DNA of 64,000 bases. Origin: an uncultured Hyphomicrobiales bacterium. Lineage in GTDB: Bacteria; Bacteroidota; Ignavibacteria; Kapaibacteriales; Kapaibacteriaceae. The notes under the pieces were generated by a model, which saw only the letters and a program-made list of their open reading frames with translations, made no database searches and was not told the DNA's origin. Location: assembly GCA_964620125.1 (NCBI GenBank), contig CAZUGQ010000003.1, positions 89,529-153,528 of the forward strand, read 5' to 3'. The position numbers and the translations under genes were made by a program. Positions 9,931 through 20,150 of this stretch are shown in pieces; within the stretch, counting starts at the first letter, position 1; every line of letters begins with the position of its first letter.

Positions 9931-11969
9931 AGCGCGATCCTACACCAACGCTGCTTGATACGTGGACTCGCCCACCGTTGCCCACTACGGCATGCTGAAC
10001 GAGCGCTAGTCCCAATCCGGTACCACCTGAGGCAATCTCTGACGTATCGTGAACGCGGGTGAATGGCTGGAAGATCGATTCGATCTGTCCCTTTGATTCC
10101 GATTCCGTGGTCAGCAACAACAATACTTGCTTCGTTCGATGTTTGCGTTACGGTGACTTCGATTCTGCGGTCAGTCGTGGAGTATTTCATGGCGTTGCTA
10201 AGCAAGTTCAATACACAGTTCGTTAGTGCATCAGCATCCACGTTACTTACGGCCTGCATGCAGTATTGCTCTGATACGGTAAACTCATGGATTGTGAGTT
10301 GATAGCGTAACATCTGAACGGCCGTTTTCACCAGGAGCACAAGGTCGTACGGTCGCTGACGATAAACCATACCGCCACCTTCGATCTTGGCGTATGCTAG
10401 GGCTTGGTCAATCATCCGCAGCAACCGCTCGCTCTCGCCATCAATGATGTCGAGGTACTTCAGTTCGGTTTCGTTCGTGGTGCGTTGCTGCAGTAGGTTC
10501 GCAAACATGCGAATAGAGGTGAGTGGTGTTTTTAGATCATGTGTGACACCGTTGATGAAGAATGATTTCATGGCAAAGAGTTCCGCCTTTCTCTCTGCTT
10601 CAATGCGTTGCTCCTCAACTGAGTGGTTTAGGGCAAGGCGCTCTAGTTGTTGTTCAGCAGCCAGGAGCAGGCTGTTTAGGAGGTCCAAATCCTCGTCGGT
10701 GTACAACTGCCCTGATCGAAGAGAGCCCAACCGTATCGTGCCATGAACGGTAGCGTCGGCAGTGCAGAACGTTCGCTCGATAGAATGCACAGCAAGACTC
10801 CCATCCTCCTTGACTAGCGTAGTTCCGCTGTTTTCATCGATGAGCTCAATTCGAATTTCTTATGGGGCAAAGGCTGTGGTAACATGGTGGTAGAGCCGAT
10901 CAAGCAAGTCCCGCTGAGACAGTGCTTCGCGTAGTTCCCGAGCTGCCTTGATCTGAGCATCGCGGTATCGATACTGTACGCGAAAGAACAACCAATCCAC
11001 TGCCTGCTGCACTAATCCACGTGCAGGAAAGAAGAGTAAAACATCAATAAGTACGATGCTAGGAGTCAGTACACGCGTATCAATCTGAAGCCGAAAGTAA
11101 TCCATCGCCAGACTCGCGAAGCCAGAGTATATACAAACAGCAATAAGGGTTATCGCAACCTGAACCATACCACGATTCACAATCACATCGATATCCAGTG
11201 CCCTGTCGCGAACGATGCTCGTAGCAAAAGCAATTGGTGCGACTGAAGTAAGAAGTATCGCCCACTCTTCTGGGAACGTTGTTGTTCCCAATGCCTCTGG
11301 AATGATCGACAGAATGATGTACCCACCAGCAGAGATACTTACTCCGCTGATCAGCCACAGCAGTTTGCGGCGGCCCGAGAGATTCTCGGTACGGAAATAC
11401 GTAGCCACAAGCACGGCTAGTCCGACTCCCGAGCTGATACTGAAGACGATTTTCAACCCGTCAATCCAAGCCGTATATACATCTGGTGCAGTGGCGGGAA
11501 AGTGCATGAAGCCACATGCTTCTAGCAACAGAATCACGTTCGCCAAAACAGTGGCGGCACCAATGGAGAAGTAGGCGACTTTGAAAACATCAGAACGGTA
11601 CCACGATCCACGCTGTGGGAACACAGCCACGAAGTGAAGGAGGAGAACGGGCACAAGAAGGTAGCTACCTGCATATACCGACTGCAGAATGGTGTACATG
11701 ACCGGACCAGTAACGTTCTCCGTGCCTGGGGTGGTGCAAACAAGTATGGCAACAGATAGTGAGAGGAAGTGGAAGATCTGTGCGGCAGAGTCGCTTTCCG
11801 TTCGGTGTAAGACCTGTAACGCAAGCGTGTAATACAGAAAACCAACGAAAACGCTGACTACCACATAGGTGGTGCTGAATGGGTTCTCCCACATCTGCCA
11901 TAACCCAATCGCCATGACCAGCGCGATCACGATGTGGAGCACAGTCATCGCTGGATGTACTTTCGCTTT
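9905..11969 (-). pseudogene. sensor histidine kinase (about 10-TM sensor + GAF-like + HisKA + HATPase_c) disrupted by an in-frame TAA and a frameshift
   Basis: Three same-strand pieces. ORF 10860..12101 holds the polytopic sensor and the start of a GAF-like region. The TAA at 10860-10862 is in frame with ORF 9870..10790 (remaining GAF, HisKA HDLKTPL, N-box NAMKYS, G1 DHGIGI). A +1 slip in the GGG run (+strand CCC ~10089-10091) leads into ORF 9905..10123, which carries the G2 box GGTGLGLALV and the true C-terminus. Start trimmed to MKAKVHPAMTVLHIV. Confidence 0.55.
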
Positions 11970-12078
11970 CATTATGCAAAGTAGTCGCGATTGTGCGACC
12001 AAGAAACAGCCCGACATTTTTTTGACAATCATGGCGCTCATCAACCTTGACATACGCCAGGCACATACGCTGCCAAGC

Positions 12079-13227
12079 ATGTGGTATAGAAGCGAAGACA
12101 TCTATCGTAACACGATAGAGCGAGCCTTCCCTTCGTCGTGGCAATACGTTGCCGATGTTGTTCCGCAGCACCATCATACGCTGGAACCAGCAACGATCCT
12201 GCCGCAGGCCATTGGTGAACCAATTCTGATCAAGCGTGCCTCTACCCACAAAGGCTCGATTCGTCCACAATCTGATACGGCTGCTGCACCAGCCGATGTC
12301 GGTACTACGAACACCAACGTGGTTTCCATTCTCTCCAACGTGTGCACGCACCGAGGAACAATCTTGGTATCAGAGTCGTGCAGTCCACGTGAAATACGCT
12401 GTCCCTATCATGGCAGGCGGTTCGATCTGCGTGGCAGGTGCATTCACATGCCTGAATTCACCGAAGTTGAGGGCTTTCCGAGTGAGGCAGATCATCTAAG
12501 CCCCCTACCGCACTTCACCATTGGCCCCATGGTGTTTGCGCGCATCGCAGCACCGGAGTCTGCCGGGGAGCAGCGAAATCACGAAGTGGAGCCGCTCCCT
12601 GCCGATGGTTCGTTACAGACGTTTCCTTCTGACCTTACGGACCTGTTGCATCAGTTGAGTCCACATAGTCCTTTGGGTAGGAAGATTGCAGAGTGTGAGT
12701 TACAGCCTAGTGGATCCAGGACTTTTGAGATCAACGCACACTGGGCGCTGTATGTGGAGAATTATCTGGAAGGGTTTCACGTGCCGTTTGTGCATGGTGG
12801 GTTGAATGCGGTACTGGACTACGGTGCCTACGAGACGCAACTGTATCCGGGGGGAGTGTTGCAGGTAGGAATTGGTAAAAGCGGTGAAAGCTGTTTCGAG
12901 GAATTGCCTGGAAACGTTGCAGCCTTATACTACTGGCTATTTCCGAATACCATGATCAATGTGTACCCGTGGGGCATCTCACTCAATGTTGTCGAGCCCG
13001 CAGGCCTCTCACGCACACTGGTTCACTACCGCGTGTATGTTATGGACGAGGCCAAAATCAGGGAGGGGGCTGGTGCGGACCTGGACAGAGTGGAATTGGA
13101 AGATGATGCCATTGTGGAGAGTGTACATCGAGGGATGCGATCGCGTGTTTATGTGCGTGGACGGTATTCAGCTACACGTGAGCAGGGGGTGCATCATTTT
13201 CATCGGATGATTTCGCGGTTTGGCTGA
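12079..13227 (+). CDS. Rieske [2Fe-2S] non-heme iron oxygenase, alpha-subunit-like
   Basis: Rieske CTHRG...(17)...CPYHGRRF. Catalytic domain with ENYLEGFHVPFVHGG and downstream His/Asp ligands. The ORF-track start at 11869 is trimmed to the ATG at 12079 to avoid overlap with the divergent kinase gene. Confidence 0.7.
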   Translation: MWYRSEDIYRNTIERAFPSSWQYVADVVPQHHHTLEPATILPQAIGEPILIKRASTHKGSIRPQSDTAAAPADVGTTNTNVVSILSNVCTHRGTILVSESCSPREIRCPYHGRRFDLRGRCIHMPEFTEVEGFPSEADHLSPLPHFTIGPMVFARIAAPESAGEQRNHEVEPLPADGSLQTFPSDLTDLLHQLSPHSPLGRKIAECELQPSGSRTFEINAHWALYVENYLEGFHVPFVHGGLNAVLDYGAYETQLYPGGVLQVGIGKSGESCFEELPGNVAALYYWLFPNTMINVYPWGISLNVVEPAGLSRTLVHYRVYVMDEAKIREGAGADLDRVELEDDAIVESVHRGMRSRVYVRGRYSATREQGVHHFHRMISRFG

Positions 13228-13233
13228 TTAGCT

Positions 13234-13286
13234 AACCGGGACAATAGCACTCCCGGTACCGGTACCGGGAGTGCTATTGTCCCGGT
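13234..13286. repeat. 53-bp perfect palindrome made of two inverted copies of the TACCGGGA/TCCCGGTA unit
   Basis: AACCGGGACAATAGCACTCCCGGTACC followed directly by its reverse complement GGTACCGGGAGTGCTATTGTCCCGGT. It lies between the convergent Rieske oxygenase and pdxJ genes. The loop sequence TGCTATTG is 1 nt different from the 19.9-kb array units. Confidence 0.85.
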
Positions 13287-13289
13287 CAT

Positions 13290-14000
13290 TCACCGCAACA
13301 CAGCTAAATACTCCCTCACGGCCCGATCCATCCCCACCATCACAGCATGGCCAATCAAAGCATGGCCGATACTTACCTCCTCTATATAGGGTACCTCGAC
13401 TATCCCAGAGAGGTTGTGAAGATTCAAACCGTGCCCGGCCTTCACGATTAAACCGTGCTCCGTTGCAAGTTCGGCGGCTGCATGCAGGCGCGTCAACTCG
13501 GTTGTAATGCTGCCTCGCGTTCGTGCATGGGAAAATGGTCCTGTGTGAAGTTCCACCATGTCGGCCCCGGTACGTGCAGATGCTTCAATTTGCAGTGGCT
13601 CAGGCTCGATGAACAGGCTAACTTCAATACCACGACTCTGGAATGTGTCCACGAGCTCCGACAGCACTTCTTCCTGGTCGGCAACATTCAGTCCACCTTC
13701 CGTAGTAAGCTCCGCACGCTTTTCGGGTACGATGGTTACCATGTCCGGTAGAATTTCTAAGGCGAATGCCACGATCTCAGCATTGGCTGCCATTTCGAGA
13801 TCGAATTTTGTTGTGACCACTTCCCGTAACGCACGGACATCTCGGTCGTTAATATGTCGCCGATCCTCACGAAGATGCGCAACGATGCCATGAGCACCTG
13901 CCACTTCTGCAAGAATTGCGGCATGAACGGGGTCAGGCTCGACCCCACCACGGGCCTCACGCAGTGTAGCCACGTGGTCTATGTTTACCGACAGCTTCAT
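13290..14000 (-). CDS. pdxJ: pyridoxine 5'-phosphate synthase
   Basis: MKLSVNIDHVATLREARGG...PDPV..A, EGGL...H, typical PdxJ TIM-barrel motifs. Start placed at MKLSV within ORF 13290..14018. Confidence 0.85.
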   Translation of the reverse strand: MKLSVNIDHVATLREARGGVEPDPVHAAILAEVAGAHGIVAHLREDRRHINDRDVRALREVVTTKFDLEMAANAEIVAFALEILPDMVTIVPEKRAELTTEGGLNVADQEEVLSELVDTFQSRGIEVSLFIEPEPLQIEASARTGADMVELHTGPFSHARTRGSITTELTRLHAAAELATEHGLIVKAGHGLNLHNLSGIVEVPYIEEVSIGHALIGHAVMVGMDRAVREYLAVLR

Positions 14001-14065
14001 ATCTTTTTGGTTACGCAACGTTACAAAATTGAGCGGGGTTATTCCCGCACTAAGGGAGAGTGAAT

Positions 14066-17000
14066 ATGATCGTTCGGCACAACCTCGTGGCCTTCGGTTT
14101 GTGTATGGTTATGGCACTACCAACTCTTGCGCGTGTAAACACCCGCGTTGGTGGTTTTGTTCAGAATCGTGGGCAGTGGCCGGCAGAAGTACTATTTCTG
14201 CACAGAGCTCAGAATCTGGATACATGGATAACTCGCGATGGAATGGTTATCGACCAGTACAAGCGCGAAGGAAACGTGAGAAAAGGTCACGTCATTCGAC
14301 TTCGGTGGGTAGGCAGCAATGGTCAGAGTAATGCGTTAACGGAACAGCCGCGTTCTACCGTGACCTATATGGCAGGATCCGACCCGAGCCAAACGATTGC
14401 TACTCAGGCCTACACCTCGGTACGCTTCGCGAATGTTTTCGACGGCACTGGCGTTGTGTACTACATGGATGCCTCTGGTCAGCTTCGGTATGACCTTGAT
14501 GTTGCTCCAGGTGCAACAGCGGATCACATCGCATTCGTCATCGAAGGTGATATGGGGCTTATAGTTGATAGCAAGGACGTTCGGTTGCGCACAACAATGG
14601 GCGGTATTGTTATGACCGACCTTTACGCCTACGTATTAGGCCAGAAGGCTACGGCAACACCAGTATCATTTGAAGCCACCTCGAATGGCGTTCGCATTAA
14701 CGTACCTGCTCGGAATCTTGACCAGCCACTGGTGATTGACCCAGTGGTATATGGCACCTACTTGGGTGGCTCTGATGATGATGCTGTTGAAGCCGTGGCA
14801 TACAAGAATGGGAAAGTATACGTCGCAGGAGGAAGCTCAAATGTTTCCTTCCCTGACGACGTAGGTGCCTACAGCAAGGACGTTACTGGCAATACCGATG
14901 GCTTTGTTGCCTGTCTCTCCGCAGACCTTGGTGAAATCATCAGCTTCACGTACATAGGTGGAACGTCCGTTGATCGTATTAGTGCAATTGATGTTGACAA
15001 TAACAGAAAAGTTTGCGTAGCCGGTAATACCGAGAGTAAAGACTTCCCTATCACTGCTGGGGTAGTTGGGCAAACACATAAAGGTCAAATTGATGTTTTC
15101 ATTAGCCGGTTTTCAGAAGATTTGAAGAACCTGGAAATCTCTACCTACCTGGGCGGCAACAGAGACGACCGCGCCCGAGCCGTGAAAGTAGACCAAGTGA
15201 ACGGAGGCATCGTTGTGTGCGGTGGAACCAACAGCAATTCGGGCTTTCCAATTACCCTGGCGCATCAAAGCACCTATGGAGGAGAGTGGGATTGTTTCAT
15301 TGCCAAACTCGCCGCCGGTGGCGGTTCCTTCCTGTACTGTACATACTTCGGAAAGGCAGGCAGTGAACAGTTCACGGCACTTGCTCTCGACGCCGCAGGT
15401 TCGCCGTACGTTACTGGATCAACGACTTCCTCGAACTTCGAAACAGCACCCGTTCCAGGTTGGTTCTCTTCTGGCCGGGTGCCGTACGACCGCACATTTA
15501 ACGGCGGCAATACGGATGCGTTCTTAATCAAGTTTTTCCCAGATGGCTCTCTTTCACGCCGAGATGACGGAACGTTCTCCACATACTTTGGCGGCGCAGC
15601 AGATGAAGAGGGAAGAGGTGTTTACGTTGATGCACTTGGCCGTCCAATCCTGGTTGGGGTTACAACTTCGAGTGGGCTACCTACAGCAGGCAGCACCGTT
15701 TACCCGGAACGGATTGGTAAACAGGACATCTTCATGTGCTTGTTCACGGACGACGGCAAGGCACTTACTGGTTGCACATACTTCGGCGGGACAGGCGATG
15801 ATGACGTTCGCGGCATGGTCTCCGATCTTGCCCAGTCACACGGCCTTATTTGGGGTACCACAAATTCAACGGACTTCCCAACGCTTGGAGCGGGAGCAAG
15901 TGCCGAACGCCTGGGTGCAACGGATGGTTTCATTGCTAGACTCAATCCATATAACCTTGGGTTCAGTACGATTGTTGGTAGTTATGGTGCCGACACCGTT
16001 CGCTCGGTGGCGGAGGATGCAGAAGGAGACTTCTTCCACTTGATAACCGGTACTTCAATCGATCTTCCCACTCACACTGGTGCTCTGGAGCCAGAACCGA
16101 TCGGAGGTACCGATGGCTACATTGGGAAATGGGCAAATGGTACGCTGTCTTTGGTAGCACCAGTCGGCGGTGAAAGCTGGTGTACGGGAAGTAACCGCAC
16201 CATCGCCTGGGGCACGGAAGGCATGAAAGAGACAGATAGATTCCAAGTTCTGCTTTCTTCAGACGCGGGGGCTACCTGGTCAACTGTTGCTTCGGACATT
16301 TCAAGCCTAAGCTACACATGGAAGCCAAGCACAAGCCTTGAGTCGGGATCCAACTACATGATACGAGTTCAAACAACTCGTGGTCACGTTGTTACGAGCG
16401 AGTCATTTACGCTCTCCTCTCCACCAAGTATTACCACACAACCGAAGAATGCTTCTGCTTGTGAAGGTGCTCCGGTAACCCTCAGTGTAGAAGCAACTGG
16501 TGCTAACCTTCGGTATCAATGGCGACGTAACGGCAGTAACATAACAGGTGCAACTTCGGCTCAGTACACAATCCCGGCTGTGAATGCCTCGCAATCTGGA
16601 TCGTATGATTGTATGGTTACGGGTTCATGCTCGCCTGTTGCCACATCTGCAACAGCAAACGTATCGGTGGCTGTAGCCACTGCGATTACCACACAGCCAC
16701 AGAACGTTTCAACACGTGTCGCAAGCCCCTTTACACTTTCCGTTGTTGCCAAAGGTTCAGACCTGACCTATCAATGGTACAAGAACGATGAACCTCTCGC
16801 AAATGGTAAGAGTGCAACCTACTCCGTTGCGAACGCAACCACATCCGACGCCGGCACATACAAGTGTACCGTAACCGGAGGGTGCGGATCAGCGACTTCA
16901 AACCCAGTGACTGTAATCGTTGAGCCTGCGAGTTCAGTTTCGGAAGACGTTACAAGCGGAAACACCACACTCCGAATTCTTGGACCCGTACCAGCTGGTG

Positions 17001-17221
17001 AGCAGCTCGCGTTGATGTTGAATATGAAGCAGGGGGCTCAGGTTTCTGTTCGCTTTGTTTCAGCTAACGGACAAATCTTAACATCCACTGCTCTCGGTCA
17101 TTTGTCCGAGGGACGGCATTCGTTAAATGTGGACGTGCTCTCACTCCCATCCGGTGTGTACGGCCTGGAAGTAGTGGCCGGCGCAGACGTTGTGCGCACC
17201 GTTGTGCAAATAGGCCGATAA
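14066..17221 (+). CDS. large secreted SBBP beta-propeller repeat protein with three Ig-like (I-set) repeats and type-A T9SS C-terminal sorting domain
   Basis: RBS AAGGGAGAG precedes the ATG at 14066. Signal peptide MIVRHNLVAFGLCMVMALPTLA. About 9 blades of the SBBP motif (D.F..K......GG...D.....AVD..GN.YV.G.T.S.DFP). Three repeats of QPKNASACEGAPVTLSV...YQWRRNG...SGSYDC.VTG. C-terminus ...GVYGLEVVAGADVVRTVVQIGR. Confidence 0.8.
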   Translation: MIVRHNLVAFGLCMVMALPTLARVNTRVGGFVQNRGQWPAEVLFLHRAQNLDTWITRDGMVIDQYKREGNVRKGHVIRLRWVGSNGQSNALTEQPRSTVTYMAGSDPSQTIATQAYTSVRFANVFDGTGVVYYMDASGQLRYDLDVAPGATADHIAFVIEGDMGLIVDSKDVRLRTTMGGIVMTDLYAYVLGQKATATPVSFEATSNGVRINVPARNLDQPLVIDPVVYGTYLGGSDDDAVEAVAYKNGKVYVAGGSSNVSFPDDVGAYSKDVTGNTDGFVACLSADLGEIISFTYIGGTSVDRISAIDVDNNRKVCVAGNTESKDFPITAGVVGQTHKGQIDVFISRFSEDLKNLEISTYLGGNRDDRARAVKVDQVNGGIVVCGGTNSNSGFPITLAHQSTYGGEWDCFIAKLAAGGGSFLYCTYFGKAGSEQFTALALDAAGSPYVTGSTTSSNFETAPVPGWFSSGRVPYDRTFNGGNTDAFLIKFFPDGSLSRRDDGTFSTYFGGAADEEGRGVYVDALGRPILVGVTTSSGLPTAGSTVYPERIGKQDIFMCLFTDDGKALTGCTYFGGTGDDDVRGMVSDLAQSHGLIWGTTNSTDFPTLGAGASAERLGATDGFIARLNPYNLGFSTIVGSYGADTVRSVAEDAEGDFFHLITGTSIDLPTHTGALEPEPIGGTDGYIGKWANGTLSLVAPVGGESWCTGSNRTIAWGTEGMKETDRFQVLLSSDAGATWSTVASDISSLSYTWKPSTSLESGSNYMIRVQTTRGHVVTSESFTLSSPPSITTQPKNASACEGAPVTLSVEATGANLRYQWRRNGSNITGATSAQYTIPAVNASQSGSYDCMVTGSCSPVATSATANVSVAVATAITTQPQNVSTRVASPFTLSVVAKGSDLTYQWYKNDEPLANGKSATYSVANATTSDAGTYKCTVTGGCGSATSNPVTVIVEPASSVSEDVTSGNTTLRILGPVPAGEQLALMLNMKQGAQVSVRFVSANGQILTSTALGHLSEGRHSLNVDVLSLPSGVYGLEVVAGADVVRTVVQIGR

Positions 17222-17304
17222 ATGCCAAATAATTGTCCGAAACATCGTTATTGTAGATTCGTGGGTGCGGTCACACTAATGGTGATCGCACCCACAGTCT
17301 TTTC

Positions 17305-19863
17305 ATGAGCAACAAGCACATGTCCATGGTTGTCATTGTCAGCGCACTGCTAGGCGCACTGGTACTGGGTGCTCCCGCATTCTCAGCTGAGGCTGGTGGT
17401 CCACTTGTGTCAGGGATGATACGCTCAGGCGAAGGCAGAGTGGAAATCACCGATGTTAAGGCACTAGCGGACGGAAGAATTGTGATGTGTGGTTGGATGG
17501 AGGTGCCTGTTGCTTGGCCAGCTCCAGGATGGAATCATGAACATGCTGGCGGTTCGGATGGATTCGTGGCTATCGTTTCCAAGAATCTTGAAGAGTTGGA
17601 GGCCTTTACCCTTATCGGTGGTGGATCTGATGATCAACCAACCGCGCTCACCACTGACAGCAAGGGAAACATCTACGTAGTAGGGTGGACCATATCGAAC
17701 AATTTCCCAACATCTGCCAACTCGATCGGTTACCTTTATTCATCTGCCACTGATGGATTCGTAGTTGGATTTACGCCTTTTCTCGACTCACTGCTGTTCG
17801 GTTCCTACATCCGCGGTAATCGTGACGAGTTTCCAACTGATGTTCAGGTGGACGCTGCATCTACCATTTACATCTGCGGTTCAACAAACTCAAATTCCGG
17901 ATTTCCTAATACGAACGGAATATTCAAGACTCCATTTGGTGGCAGAGATGCTTTTGTAATGCGCCTAGGTGCCAATGCCACTTCCGTGTTATTCAGCACG
18001 TACTTCGGCGGCACGGGTGATGACACCTTCAATGGAATGCTGGTTCATACAAACGGAGCAATCTACCTGGCCGGTTCGACAAGTTCTGTAGACTATAAGA
18101 CGTTTCCGGTAATCAATCCATCCACCTGGTGGCAGTACAGCGAACGACCTTATGACTGGACTTTCAACGGAGGAATTACAGACGCAACGCTGGTTATCCT
18201 CTCCGACGATGGAGCACGTGCAATTGCCTCCACATATCTAGGAGGATCTGCGAATGATGCAGCTATGGACGTAGCAGTGATTGATAGCAATATCATATTA
18301 GTTGGCTCAACGCAGTCACCAGATTTTCCTGTTGCGAGCCCAGTCCAGAATCACCTGCGAGGAAGTAGCGACGCGTTTATATCACGCTTCACACAACTCG
18401 GACAGTCTCTGCCCTCGTCTACGTACTACGGTGGGTATGGAGACGAGGTCGGCACATGTGTGCACATCTACCCACCAGGCCAGTATGCAATCGCGGGCGT
18501 TACAACCTCAAGTGATTTCCCGAATGTAGGAATTGGTACAAGTGGTGATCGACAAGGAGCACACGACGGATTTGTGCTTTTCTCGAACATTTCGTCCGCT
18601 AGCTTCGCCACAACACTTGGTGGAACCGACACAGACAGCATGTATGCGATGGCAGTTCAACCAGACCGTGGGGTTGTGGTTGCTGGATGGTCGAGGAGCT
18701 CGGTCATAGAACTCAGTCCATACGCGCTTGAATCCAACCCAATAGGTGTAAGTGCGTGTGCCATAAGAATTCAGCCAGGAAGCGTGAGCCTCATTGATCC
18801 CGTAGGCGACCAGCGTTACTGCGAAGGATCAACAATGCGCGCCACCTGGCTTGGTACTGAAATGCTAACCTCGGATCGTTACACGCTGGAGGCTTCGGCA
18901 GACGGAATCGTCTGGACGGAACTCGTCTCTGACATAAACGCCCAACGTGTCGACTGGGTAGTATCTCCCGTCGTTGAGCTAGGGCAGCGTTACTTCATTC
19001 GGATACGATCGAGTCGCGGACATACAAGTAGAACGGATACTCCATTATGGCTTGACCCAAAGCCAATGATTACGAAAACGCTCCCAGTCGAGGTATCAAT
19101 CTGCCCTGGGGGAAAGACTGTTCTTCGTGGCAACGCTACCGGTGTTGGAATATCGTACCGCTGGCTGGCCTCGGGCTCGGAAATCAGTGGAGAAATTGAA
19201 GATTCACTTGAAGTTGGCCATGGCACGCCGTATGGAGCAGGCGACTATCAGATGCGGTATCGAGCTCTATGTGGAGTAAACGGCATCGTTGGCACAACCA
19301 AGGTTACTGACGGCATACCAACTGAGATTGAGGCACATCCACAGAACGTGGTTGCTAGTATCGGAGGCTCAGCCACCTTTTCAGTACAGGCTACGGGTAG
19401 CAGACTCCAGTATCAGTGGTTTCGAAACAATAGTCTTATCGAAGGGGCTACCCAACGAGCGTATACCGTAGCTTCGGTTTCCTCAGCTTCAGCTGGACAA
19501 TACACGTGCAAAGTGGTTGGCGACTGCGGCGAGGTTACGAGCAGGCCGGGAACCCTTGTAGTATCTGCAACCGGTGTTCATAACAATGAAGGCACTCCGT
19601 TGCGTGTGTTCCCGAATCCAACGAGCGGTACGGTTACAATCTCGCTACGTACATCGGATGGTGCTGTAAGCGAACAATCTTATCCGCGAACACTAACACT
19701 CTTAAACTCCATTGGTCAGGAAGTGCTGAGCCTTCGGATACCCGACGGCCAGGCTGATATCACTTTCGACATAGGTGATTTGTCACCTGGATTATATCTG
19801 ATTTGCCCTGTTTCGCAATCCCGTAATCGAATGATTGACGGACTACAGCTGATAGTCCGGTAG
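17305..19863 (+). CDS. secreted SBBP beta-propeller repeat protein with Ig-like repeat and type-A T9SS C-terminal domain
   Basis: Signal peptide MSNKHMSMVVIVSALLGALVLGAPAFSA. SBBP blades (GNIYVVGWTISNNFP, ...). Ig repeat HPQNVVASIGGSATFSVQATGSRLQYQWFRN. C-terminus FPNPTSGTVTI...GLYLICPV...LQLIVR. Confidence 0.8.
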   Translation: MSNKHMSMVVIVSALLGALVLGAPAFSAEAGGPLVSGMIRSGEGRVEITDVKALADGRIVMCGWMEVPVAWPAPGWNHEHAGGSDGFVAIVSKNLEELEAFTLIGGGSDDQPTALTTDSKGNIYVVGWTISNNFPTSANSIGYLYSSATDGFVVGFTPFLDSLLFGSYIRGNRDEFPTDVQVDAASTIYICGSTNSNSGFPNTNGIFKTPFGGRDAFVMRLGANATSVLFSTYFGGTGDDTFNGMLVHTNGAIYLAGSTSSVDYKTFPVINPSTWWQYSERPYDWTFNGGITDATLVILSDDGARAIASTYLGGSANDAAMDVAVIDSNIILVGSTQSPDFPVASPVQNHLRGSSDAFISRFTQLGQSLPSSTYYGGYGDEVGTCVHIYPPGQYAIAGVTTSSDFPNVGIGTSGDRQGAHDGFVLFSNISSASFATTLGGTDTDSMYAMAVQPDRGVVVAGWSRSSVIELSPYALESNPIGVSACAIRIQPGSVSLIDPVGDQRYCEGSTMRATWLGTEMLTSDRYTLEASADGIVWTELVSDINAQRVDWVVSPVVELGQRYFIRIRSSRGHTSRTDTPLWLDPKPMITKTLPVEVSICPGGKTVLRGNATGVGISYRWLASGSEISGEIEDSLEVGHGTPYGAGDYQMRYRALCGVNGIVGTTKVTDGIPTEIEAHPQNVVASIGGSATFSVQATGSRLQYQWFRNNSLIEGATQRAYTVASVSSASAGQYTCKVVGDCGEVTSRPGTLVVSATGVHNNEGTPLRVFPNPTSGTVTISLRTSDGAVSEQSYPRTLTLLNSIGQEVLSLRIPDGQADITFDIGDLSPGLYLICPVSQSRNRMIDGLQLIVR

Positions 19864-19883
19864 CGCAATTCGAGTTTCCGAAT

Positions 19884-20150
19884 GTTACCGGGAGTGCTCT
19901 TGTCCCGGTACGCAATTAGGCTAAATCGTAGTTACCGGGAGTACTCTTGTCCCGGTACGCAATCATGCTAAATCGTAGTTACCGGGAGTGCTCTTGTCCC
20001 GGTACACAATCGTGCAAGACTGCAGGAACCGGGAGTGCTCTTGTTCCGGTGCGCAAACATGCCAGACCGTAGGTACCGGGAGTGCTCTTGTCCCGGTACG
20101 CAAACATGCCAGACCGTGGGTACCGGGAGTACTCTTGTCCCGGTACACAA
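19884..20150. repeat. tandem array of 6 units (~47-50 bp) each carrying TACCGGGAGTGCTCTTGTCCCGGTA
   Basis: Units at ~19884, 19931, 19978, 20025 (degenerate), 20072, 20121. The inter-palindrome segments are related to one another (GCAATTAGGCTAAATCGTA / GCAAACATGCCAGACCGT), so this is not CRISPR. It lies between the T9SS cargo gene and sufB. Confidence 0.85.

Noticed and set aside
11869-12078. N-terminal 70 codons of ORF 11869..13227 and N-terminal 44 codons of ORF 10860..12101
   Set aside because: They overlap each other on opposite strands. Trimming to internal ATGs (12079 and 11969) gives sensible N-termini and a ~110-bp divergent promoter region.
19884-20150. Possible CRISPR array (regular ~48-bp spacing of a conserved repeat)
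   Set aside because: The inter-repeat segments are short (~20 nt) and related to one another rather than unique. The repeat is a hairpin of the dispersed TACCGGGA family, and no cas genes are present.
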